Assembly: GCA_051453625.1 (NCBI GenBank)
Contig: JBOZIK010000001.1
Span: 26,052,781 to 26,089,866, forward strand
DNA from: Welwitschia mirabilis
Taxonomy: Eukaryota
Reading direction: 5' to 3'
DNA length: 37,086 bases
This document shows, in pieces, positions 1-10,063 of this stretch. Position numbers and translations under genes: made by a program. Within the stretch, counting starts at the first letter, position 1. Every line of letters begins with the position of its first letter. Under the pieces are notes generated by a model. It was given only the letters and a program-made list of their open reading frames with translations, was not told the origin of the DNA and searched no databases.

Positions 1-1169
1 GTCTTAGAATTATTAAATGGAAAAAACCTTACCTTCTTAAACCCAATCCATGTTTTGAACTAAAAGTCAAAGAGCTTCTTAGGTATGTTAAACCCATTTT
101 AATTAATTATCCTAAGAAGTTTTTAATAAATCTTTTTCATACCTCTCATTTTCAATATCAAGCTCTGAATACAATTTATGTTTCAAATCCTTCACATCAT
201 GAGTTTGATATGAGTTGTATAAATTTTTTGACTCTTACATTTATGCTTGTGGAAATAAATGTGCTTATTTGAAAAATCCTTATCTTCTTAAAAATTCATG
301 TTCTAAATCAAATAATATGAGATATTTTAGAAATCCTTCAAAAGCATATTGGAAACTTTCTTTAAGTCCCTTTTTACATGTCTTTTACAATGATGCCTAT
401 AACACTAAAAATTTTTAGAAGAGATCATTTTTTATTGACACTTATCATTCTTTTCTCTTATCTGAATTTTGAAAATTGTGCTATCAAGGTATTATCTTTT
501 TATTCTCTTTCCTTCTAAATGATTTTACTAAAAAATAATTGCCTACCTTTTATGTTTTATCAATTGGTAAATATTTGGTTTGGACTGCATTTTTCAAAAA
601 ATATTAAAATCATGTTCTTTTTACTTTCTTTTTTTCTTTTTCAATAAAAGTGTGTCTTCGGTTTTCAGAGTTTCTATTTTCATTTTCTGTCCTCTCTTTT
701 ATTTTTATTTGAAGTTTTTATTTTCTATTTCTGCAAAAATAATTGGTTGTCTTCTCTTTTATCCTTATGACAGAGTGGGTGATAGTCCCTTTTGATAGTT
801 TTTCTCTTTTTTTTTTTAATTTATCTATGTTCTATTTTTTTCTGTATATGTTGTCCTCTCTGTTATTTGGATTATGAGCAAGATAATAGTTAATAAATTG
901 TTAATTTTTTCTTATTATTATTTCTAGAAAATATATTTTTATGGCTCTGTTGAAGTTTCTAACTTGACTACTTAAGAATTGTAGGAAGCAAATGAGTAAA
1001 ACTTAGAATTTCATAAGCAAATCATCTAAATTTTCTCTTAGCTTTTTCCTTTGAAATATTATTATGGTATTACTTAATCATCTTTTAAACTTGACTTATG
1101 TATTTATTTTCATAATTAGTCTTTTGACTTGGGCATTTTAGTGGTAATATTAGATTCATCCAATTTTAG
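1..1169 (+). mobile_element. Element A, left part: internal region of a probably non-autonomous Athila-like gypsy element (start lies left of the window)
   Basis: Colinear homology with ~33350-34535 of element D, e.g. aaaccttaccttcttaaaccc...aaagagcttcttaggtatgttaaaccc vs aaaccttatcttcttgagcc...aaagagcttattatgtatgttaaacct. Continues at 10064 after the copia insertion. Confidence 0.8.
1165..1169. repeat. Target-site duplication, left copy TTTAG (right copy CTTAG at 10059-10063)
   Basis: 4/5 identical 5-mers directly flank the two LTR ends. The single difference is a C/T transition. Confidence 0.8.
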
Positions 1170-2632
1170 TATTAGATTATATTTGCTAGTTGATGTTAAA
1201 CTAATTTCTCTTATGTAGTGAAAATTATTACATCTTATATGCAGATGAGATTAAATTTTTACAAGTGAAATAATTGGACTAAAATGCACCAGAAAAATAG
1301 CTGAGTTATGTTAACCTCTCACACCTGAAGCAGTCACAAGAAAAATGAAATGAACCCAGAGGTGTCGACTAGATTCTGATGAAGTCGACCAAACCTGTAA
1401 CCTGAAGAATCAGTATCCCTGGACCGAATGGTAAAGGGTCGACTAGATTTTTAGGGAGTTAACCACATTTGAGAACCTAATAAATAGTAGTTCTAGATTA
1501 AAAGATAAGAAATCAACTAGATCTAGGATGNNNNNNNNNNNNNNNNNNNNNNNNNNNNNNNNNNNNNNNNNNNNNNNNNNNNNNNNNNNNNNNNNNNNNN
1601 NNNNNNNNNNNNNNNNNNNNNNNNNNNNNNAAATCAACTAGATCTAGGATGGAGTCAACTGGACTAAGGTCAATCGAATCTAAATGAGGTTGACTAGACT
1701 TGAAGACATAAAAACTTGAGGTAACTGAAGTCTTCTCTGGGATGACCTATGTAATTCGTGGCACCATATGGGGTCGACAGGATTTTTATGGGGTCGACCA
1801 GACAACATAGAAAAGAAATTTATCTAAATGTTATGCATCCATTTCCTAGCCATTACCTAGTCATTTGTAGCTATTTATAGCCATTGGAGATATAATTCAT
1901 TTGTAATAAATCCTAATATCCTTTTGTTATAAATAGCTAGGTAATAGATGACCTAGAGATCTTTTTAGTACTATTCAAATTTGATATAATTATTGTGGAT
2001 TTAAAAGATCAAGTTATATTTTCATTAACATATCATTATATTGCTTTACATCTGATTGAGCAGATATATCTTTGGCAAAATAGCTTCACTCAGAATCAAA
2101 TCTAAGAGCTTCATTACCGTGATCTATTAGAGAAGAGATTCATTTATTATACTACTATCAAACTTATAATATCTGAGTAATTAAGGCACCATCGCATCAC
2201 ATTCATTTCTTTTATAGGTTGAGACTTAGCCTGTAAAAGTCTGTTATTAAGGTTGAGACTTATCCTATAAAAGTCCGTTGTTAACGTTAAGACTTAGCCT
2301 ATAAACATCCACTTGTAAGGGTTACAGGTAAACCTAGAAAAAACTGTGAAATAACACAGATTTGAGATCAATCTTGGAAGAAGCTGATTATTGAGAGTGA
2401 AGTAGGGAAGTTCCCAAACCACTATAAATCCTATGTGCATCAAATTTATTAGTTTATATATTTCTGTCTTTTTGATTCTTTACTTTTAGTTTCCCATTTC
2501 TGTATGCACATTCTTGATTTCATTATTTTTATATGTAAACTATGATTAGATAGTTTTAATTTGTTTTGAGAATAAGTTTTTAAAAGAAACTATTCACCCC
2601 TTCCCTCCCCTCTAGGGTTCTTGATTCCATCA
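1170..2632 (+). repeat. 5' LTR of the copia element (contains a 100-N gap)
   Basis: Starts TATTAGATTATATTT (TG>TA) and ends ...gattccatCA immediately before the PBS. Aligns end to end with 8710-10058. Confidence 0.9.
2216..2317 (+). repeat. 3 x 34-bp tandem repeat inside the copia 5' LTR
   Basis: aggttgagacttagcctgtaaaagtctgttatta-type unit occurs three times. The same array is at 9648-9749 in the 3' LTR. Confidence 0.85.
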
Positions 2633-2634
2633 TT

Positions 2635-2646
2635 TGGTATTAGAAC
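2635..2646 (+). promoter_or_regulatory. Primer-binding site, tRNA-iMet type (degenerate)
   Basis: TGGTATTAGAAC vs canonical TGGTATCAGAGC, 2 nt after the LTR end. Confidence 0.85.
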
Positions 2647-2698
2647 TTAGGTTAGTCCTTGAGATATTTTTATAGATCTATACTTAAGAACCCTAAAA

Positions 2699-4660
2699 AT
2701 GAGTAATCTGACTAATGGATTTTCAACTAGTCATTCACCCCTGTTCGATGGTTTAAACGATGCCTATTGGAAAGCTAGGATGAGAATTTTTCTTAGATCC
2801 CTAGATGCCGATGTAGAATAAGCCATATACAAAGGTCATACTAAGCTTATGTTAACCCAAACAGATGCAAATGGTAATACTATCTTGGTCTCAAAATCTA
2901 GAGACCAATGGACTCCCATAGATAAAACAAAAGCCAACATAGATGCCCGTGCTCTCAATGCTATTTTTTATGCAGTATGTGTAGATGAACTTAAAAGAAT
3001 TGTGAACTATAGCCATGAAAAAAAAAATCTTGGGATATTTTAAAAGTTGCTCATAAAGGAACGTCCACTGTTAAATAACCAAAAATATAGATGCTTATTT
3101 CTAAATTTGAAGATATTCATATGGATGATGAAGAAACCTTGCACAAATTTTTTGCTAGACTTACAAATATAGTGAACTTAATGGCAATCCTCAAAGAATG
3201 CATGGAAAAAAGCAAGATGATAAGAAAAGTGTTGATATCCCTGTCCAACAGATTTAAACTGAGGGTAATAGTCATACTTCAAGGTAATCTTCAAACCTAT
3301 GAACGTAAGTTTACTAAAGATAGAATAAAAGGTATTACTTTAAAATGTGTGTAGAAGGATTATAGATCTGACATGTGAGATGAAGAACTTAGTGATGAAG
3401 TGGCTCTTCTAGATAGATGTTTTAAAAGGTTTCTCTATAGGAAAAAGGAAAGAAAATCAAGCAAGAATCCAAGAATAAGCAATCCAACTCAAAGAAAAGA
3501 ATAATAGAAAGAAAAAGAAATCTAGTGCTATTTATGCAAATGATTTAGACATATAGCTAACGAATGTTCCAACACTAGAAAATAAAGTAAGAAACCTAAA
3601 AACACCTCATTCATAATAACTTGGAATAATTAATATAATAAATATGAAGAGAAATACTCAGATCATGGATCAAATAGAGAGAGAAGGTTATCTTTCATGG
3701 CTCTAGTATTATCACTCAAGAATGTGCCTAGTAATTCAATGCCAGATGACTTAGATATGATTGATGAAGTGGATGATGAGTTAGAAGATATCTGTCATGA
3801 GTTGTATGAAGAGTGTAAAAAGCTCACTAAGAGAATCAATGAGTTAAAACAAAATTATGAAGACCATTACAAAAGAAAAGAAGGAAGTGGAAGAAAAGTG
3901 CAAAGTACTCAAAACTGATAACATCATGTTAACTACCTAAGTAAATAATCTTTTATTCTTTGTAAATAAGTTTTCTAGTAGTTTATCTAAATTAGAATAG
4001 ATGCTTAGAATACAAAAGCCAAATGGAGACAAATTAGGTATTAGTTTTAGAGTACAAACATTGAAAAAAATAGGTAAACCAAATAAGTAAGTATGTGCCC
4101 AATATCTTGTGTAATTTTTATGGTAGATTTAGTCATTCTAAACCTTTTTGCAAAGTTAGATGATTAATGCTTTTTTTTAAAATGTGAACTCATTGCCTTT
4201 TAAATTTATTTATAAAAAAAATGCATTACCTGAGTTAAATAAGACTAAGTGGATTAAAGCTAATAATATTAAAAGATTTGTAACATAGATAAATTTTAGA
4301 GGATCACATTTGAAAAATTAGTATCAAGATAGTGGTTGTTTAATGCATATGACAGGAGATAAATTAAGCTTGTAGATCTTGAAGAGTATAAATGAAGAAG
4401 AAGTCATTTTTGAAAATAACCAAACAATAAAAATAGAAGGTACAGAAAGCATTAAAGAAGGTATGTCATCTAATTTCGATAATGTACTTTATGTAAATGA
4501 TTTATAGCACAATTTTCTAAGTGATAGCCAACTATGTGATAAAGGGCATAGAACAATTTTTGATAAATCAAAATGCATAGTTGAGAATGAGAAGATAAAT
4601 GTTGTTATCTTTAGTGCAAAGCATATTGATATTGCTAATATATTAGATGTTAAAACCCTT
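2699..4660 (+). pseudogene. Copia gag-protease pseudogene (many stops and frameshifts)
   Basis: ATG 2699 reads MSNLTNGFSTSHSPLFDGLNDAYWKARMRIFL. UBN2-like LISKFEDIHMDDEETLHKFFARLTNIVN. Zinc knuckle CYLCK*FRHIANEC at ~3526, a second knuckle-like CNFYGRFSHSKPFC, protease *YQDSGCLMHMTGD at ~4320, and HNFLSDSQLCDKG. Confidence 0.9.
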
Positions 4661-5172
4661 AATTAATCAATTCATGCAAATTAATATTTTAGAAAATATT
4701 ATGATAAAATTGAATGCCATTCTGTCAAACCTAATATAAACTATATTTCTTATAATTAATTTAACTTTTATGAAAGTGATATAGAGATTAATGCACTGTC
4801 TCTTGATTAATTGTAGAGCAGTCGATCAAATCTATGATTCGGTTGATCGAATGTGATCAATTGATCGAATTGAAACCCTAGTCTTATGGACCCCTTCTGT
4901 ACTATAAACCTACATATCAACGGGTTGACCAAATGTTTAAGTGGTCGATCAAACTTGACAGATTACAATGTGAAATTATAGTTAGTGAAACCGATTTCTT
5001 TCTCATCCACCCTATTTCCCTTAATTTATAAAAGAACTAGAATCCTAACTTGATTCCATCTTATTCTAGTACCTTCAAGTCTTCAAATCTAGTGATTTTC
5101 CTTTCAAATTAAGAGATCTTTGTAGTCAAATCCAGTGATTTTATTAGTCTTCTTTCTTTTAAAAGTTTTAGA

Positions 5173-5483
5173 ATGATAACTAGCTCTTCTAGGAGAGGTT
5201 CAAAGAAAGATGCTTCAAGGGAACCTTCTTGCTTCTACCAGGAAATGTTTAAAGAAGACACTGACAAGTTCTCTAAAAAGTTTAAGAAGAAAGCTATGTA
5301 CTAGGAGCAGTCAGTAGCCATGTCTGAGCTCAAGAAACTTAGAGATGTCATCCAGCTCTTGAGAGATTAAGATCTAGACCATTTCTTAGATGATTTAGGT
5401 CTTACTTATCCTTTTCTTACTAGAATGTTTTATTATAATGCTTCTTTTAATCATGATACTAGGACTTTAAAAACCCTTGTTCT
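5173..5483 (+). pseudogene. env-like / extra ORF of the copia element, copy 1 (cut by gap)
   Basis: MITSSSRRGSKK... and YPFLTRMFYYNA, resembling the YPxLVRxFYxN motif of plant retroelement extra ORFs. Paralogous to 6772 onward. Confidence 0.65.
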
Positions 5484-5583
5484 NNNNNNNNNNNNNNNNN
5501 NNNNNNNNNNNNNNNNNNNNNNNNNNNNNNNNNNNNNNNNNNNNNNNNNNNNNNNNNNNNNNNNNNNNNNNNNNNNNNNNNNN

Positions 5584-6290
5584 TAGATTGGAATAGATGC
5601 TTGGAATAAAAAAGCAAAATGGAGAAAAATCAAGTATTTTTTTGGATCATAAATATCATGAAAATAGGTAAACCAAACAAGTAAGTATGTGCCCAACATT
5701 TTGTGCAATTTTTATGGTAGATTTGGTCACTCTAAACCTTTTTGCAAAGTTAGACAAATGATGCTTTTTTATGAACATGTGGACTCATTACCATTTAAAT
5801 TTATTCCTAAGAAGAATACACCACTTACATCAAATAAGACTAAGTGGGTTAAAGCTAATAATCTCCAAAGCTTTATAACACAGATAGATTATAGAGAATC
5901 TCATTTGAATAGCTGGTATCTAGATAGCATTTGTTCAATGCATATGATAGGAGATAAATTAAGCTTTCAGAACTTAAAGAGCATAAATGGAGGATAATTC
6001 ATTTTTGAAAACAACCAAATAGCAAAAATAGAAAGTACAGAAAGCATCAAAGGAGGTATGTCATCTAATCTTGATAATATACTTTATGTGAATGGCTTAT
6101 AGCACAATTTGCTAAGTGATAGTCAACTATGTAATAAAGGGTATAGAATAATCTTTGATAAATTAAAATGCATAGTTGAGAATGAGAAAATAAATGTTGT
6201 TATCTTTAGTGTAAATCATATTGATAATGCTTATAGATTAGATGTTAAAACTTTTGATCAATCAATTCATGCAAATCAACATTTTAGGAA
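5584..6290 (+). pseudogene. Duplicated gag C-terminus and protease (copy 2)
   Basis: ORF 5689-5997 contains CNFYGRFGHSKPFC and WYLDSICSMHMIGD. ORF 6109 reads LSDSQLCNKGYRIIF. Aligns to ~3987-4670. Confidence 0.88.
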
Positions 6291-6771
6291 AGATTATGAT
6301 AAAACTGAATGTCATTCTATTAAATTTGATGTACACTCTAGTTCTTGTAATCAATTTAACTTTCATACAAGTGATCTATAGATTAGTACATCATTCCTTA
6401 GCTAATTTTAAAATGGTCGACTAGATTTATGATTTAGTTGACTAGATGTGGGCCAGTCGACCAGCCTTTTAGGCCAGTCGCCTGGATTCCTTCTAGTACT
6501 GTAAACCCACATCTCGATGGGTTAACCGAATGTTCAAGCAATTGATCAGACCTGATGGATTATAGTGAGAAAGTATAATCAATGTACCTAATTTTTTTCT
6601 CAAATCTACCCTATTTCCCTCAATCTATAAAGGAACTAAAACCCTAACTTAATTCCATCTTATTATAGTGCCTCCAAGTCTTCAGATCTAGTGAGTTTCC
6701 TTCTAGATCAAGAGTTCTTTGTAGCTAGATCTAATGATTTTCTCAGTCTTCTTTCTTTCAAAAGTCTTAGA

Positions 6772-7825
6772 ATGATAGCCAGCTCTTCTAGGAGAGGTTC
6801 AAAGGAAGGTGCTTCAACGGAACCTACCTACGAAACCTGCCTATGTTTACCAGAGAATATCTGAAGAAGATATTGACAAGTTCTCTAAAAATTTTGAGAA
6901 GACAGTTATGTATTAGGAGTGATCTGTAGCCATATTTGAGCTCAAGGAACTTAGAGATATCATTCAACTCTTGAGAGATTAAAATATAGGCCATTTCTTA
7001 GATGATTTAGATCATACTTATCCTTTTCTTACTAGAATGTCTTATTGCAATGCTTTTTTCAATTGTAAAATGAGGACTCTAGAAACCCTTATTTTGGGTA
7101 GAAGGATGAGAGTGATAGCGAGCCTCATTTTAAAGCTCAATGATATTCCATGAGGAGATTATGAGGAGTTTTAACCTCTAATAAATACCATTAAAGATAA
7201 GTCAGTAGTCACTAGGGAGATTTGTGGTAGAGTATATATGTGGAAACACACCTTATCTACTTTTTTGTTGACTCTTAAAAATTGCTTCATTCATTTAATC
7301 TTTAATTATAATTTTCTTTCTTTTATTGGCCATCATAATAAGGCCTCCAGCTATAGGGCATACTTGATGTATTTGGTAGGGACTGAGAATTCTATTAATG
7401 CTTATGCCATAATATTGAAAAATATGGCCTCACAGTAAGAGTACCACATAACTAGGGCTCTACCCTACTCTATGCTTATAACTAAAATCTATTATTATTT
7501 TCATGTTAATCTATATCGTTCTTTGGAGATACTTTAATCTTTATCATCCATTAAGTGTGTGACTTTATCTTGCATGCATATCTTTGCTTCTTCAAATAAA
7601 TCCCCTTCTGAAACCCTAAAAGCAACATCTCTAGATGAGATTCTTTCATATCTAAAATGGATTGACTCTCACGCTAGGCATATGAAAGAAGCACTCATTG
7701 TAGCTAAATATAACATTATAGATACCTTAACTAAAGGTACCAGCTCTGCTCATACTAATGGAGATGAAGAAGATTTAGAGGAGGGATTTGAAAAAGAAGA
7801 ACAAGAAGAGGAAGAATTAGATTAA
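6772..7825 (+). pseudogene. env-like / extra ORF of the copia element, copy 2 (disrupted)
   Basis: YPFLTRMSYCNA motif, GLPYSMLITKI motif at ~7455, and an acidic C-terminus ending DEEDLEEGFEKEEQEEEELD*. Its position between the pol remnant and the PPT matches Sirevirus env-like genes. Confidence 0.7.
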
Positions 7826-8379
7826 ATCTTTCTTATCTTTTAGATCATATTTGTGATGTTCTCTCTTTTGTTTTTTTATTAAAAAGAGATATTTCTGCAT
7901 GTTTGTAAAATGTTTCAGTTGTATGCTCTTGATGAGCACTTTTTATCTTTATATTTTTAATTAAAATCCTTGTAATATTTTTTTTAATGAAATTTAGTTA
8001 TATGTTTAAGCATCATCCTTGCATTATTTTAGTATTTCTAAGTTTGATATGTTTGGAAAAGAACTAAAATTATTATCTCAATTGAAAATGAGTTAAAATT
8101 TTTATGAAAATCAAATTATTGAGTGTTTTTTAATCATATTTTGCATTATCATTTGATATTGTATTATTTTCTCAAAGTGTATTATTTAAATATGTGTCTA
8201 TGAAATTCATAAGTATTTCTGATCATATCTTACACTATTTTTTTTTTGTATCATTATTTTTTTTTAAATTTGTGCATATTCAAAACTTTTGTCATTTAAA
8301 AATACAAAAATTTTATCTATTCAAATTCCTAAATGTGTTTTAAAATTTTAGCTTATCATTGTTTATCATTCAATAGCAA

Positions 8380-8709
8380 GATAGAGGGAGAGAATATGAT
8401 TGATATTTATAGTCATACATTTAAATTTTTATTTATTTACCATTGATATCAATGGGGAAGAGATAATGGTAGTGTGTTTTTAAAAGTTTTTCTTAAGATA
8501 TTAAGATATTGATTTTTTAAATGTTTAATCTTCAGTCAAAGGGAGAGAAATGATTATATTTTATTCTTTGCTTGAATGTATATATGTCTTGATGTAAGAG
8601 GGAGTTTTAATTTTTACATGTGTACTTAAAAGTGTTTCATGAATGAGCTTAAATTGTTTAAATTTTTAAAATAACTTAATTATTTACCATTAATGTCAAA
8701 GGGAGAGAT
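8380..8709 (+). promoter_or_regulatory. Multiple polypurine-tract array ending in the LTR-proximal PPT (AAAGGGAGAGA, 8698-8708)
   Basis: agagggagaga ~8383, ggggaagaga ~8454, tcaaagggagaga ~8536, aagagggag ~8596, tcaaagggagaga ~8696. Confidence 0.8.
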
Positions 8710-10058
8710 TATTAGATTATATTTACCAGTTGATATCAAACTAATTTCTTCTATGTAGTGCAAATTGTTACATCTTATGTACAGATGAGATTTAGTTTTT
8801 GTAGGTGAAAAAATTAGACCAAAATACACTAGAAAACTAGCTAAGTTATGTTAACCTCTAGTTAGGATTGACCAAATCCTAAAGGAGTTAACCACATTTG
8901 AAGCAGTCACAAGAAAAATGAACTAAACCTAGAGGGGTCGACTGGATTCTAATGAGGTCGACCGAACCTATAACCTGAAGAATCAGTGTCCCTAAACTGA
9001 ATGGAAAGGAGTTAACTAGATTCTTATAGGGTCAATCGGATTTGAGAACCTAATAGATAATAGTTTCAGACCGAGAGACAAGGGATTGACTGGAACTAGG
9101 ATGCGGTCGACTGAACTGGAATTAACTAGATTCAAATAGGGTCAACTAGACCTGGAGATGTAAAAACCTAGGATGACCGAAGTCTTCTCTCGGGTAAATT
9201 TTGTAATTCACAGCACCATATGGGTCGACTAGATGACATGGAAAATAAATTTATCTAAATGTTATATATTTGTTTCCTAGCCATTACTTAGCCATTTTCT
9301 AGCCGTTTATAGCCATTGGAGGTGCAATTCATTTGTAATAAACAATAATAATATTCTATTATAAATAGATAGGTAATAGATGACCTAGAGATCTTTTTTG
9401 CACTATTTAAATTTAGCATAATTATTATGGATCTAAAAGATTAAGTTATATTTTTATTAACATATCATTGTATTGCTTCACATATGATTGAGGAGATCTA
9501 TATTTGGTAAAAGAGCTTCACTCAAAATCAGATCTAAGAGCTTCGTCACTGTGATGTATTAGAGAAAAGCTTCATTCATTATACTGCTATCAAACTTGTG
9601 ATATCTGAGTAATCAAGGTATCATCACATTACATCCATTGCTTCTAGAGGTTGAGACTTAGTTTGTAAAATTCTATTGTTAAGGTTAAGACTTAGCCTAC
9701 AAAAGTCTATTATTAAGGTTGAGACTTAGCCTGTAAAAGTCCACTTGTAAGGATTATATGTAAACTTGGCAAAACCTATAGAGTAACAAAGATCTAAGAT
9801 CAAGTTTAGGAGAAGCTAATTATCAAGAGTGGAGTAGGGGAGTTCCTGAACCACTATAAATCCTAGGTGCATTAAATTTTGTAGTTTATGTATTTCTGTC
9901 TTTTTGATTCTTTACTTTTAGTTTTCCATTTCCATATGTATATTCTTGATTTCATTATTTTTACATGCAAATTATGATTAGATAGTTTTAATTTGTTTTG
10001 AGCATAAGTTTTTCAAAAAACCTATTCAGCCCCATCTTTAGAGTTCTCGATTCTATCA
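8710..10058 (+). repeat. 3' LTR of the copia element
   Basis: Follows the PPT, starts TATTAGATTATATTT and ends gattctatCA. Homologous to 1170-2632. Confidence 0.9.
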
Positions 10059-10063
10059 CTTAG

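Larger units (their letters stand above)
1170..10058 (+). mobile_element. Ty1/copia LTR retrotransposon, Sirevirus (SIRE/Maximus)-like, non-autonomous and degenerate (gag-PR plus env-like ORF; no INT/RT/RH)
   Basis: Two homologous ~1.35-kb LTRs, flanking TTTAG/CTTAG, a tRNA-iMet PBS, copia gag and protease motifs, an extra ORF, several PPT-like motifs before the 3' LTR, and a C-rich LTR end (tattcacccc...ctctagg). Confidence 0.9.

Noticed and set aside
1510..1651. 21-bp direct repeat aaatcaactagatctaggatg on both sides of a 100-N gap
   Set aside because: Most likely an unmerged contig overlap. The 3' LTR has a single copy of this segment.
2216..2317. CRISPR-like array of 34-bp repeats
   Set aside because: The units are head-to-tail with no spacers, lie inside a plant LTR, and have no cas genes nearby.
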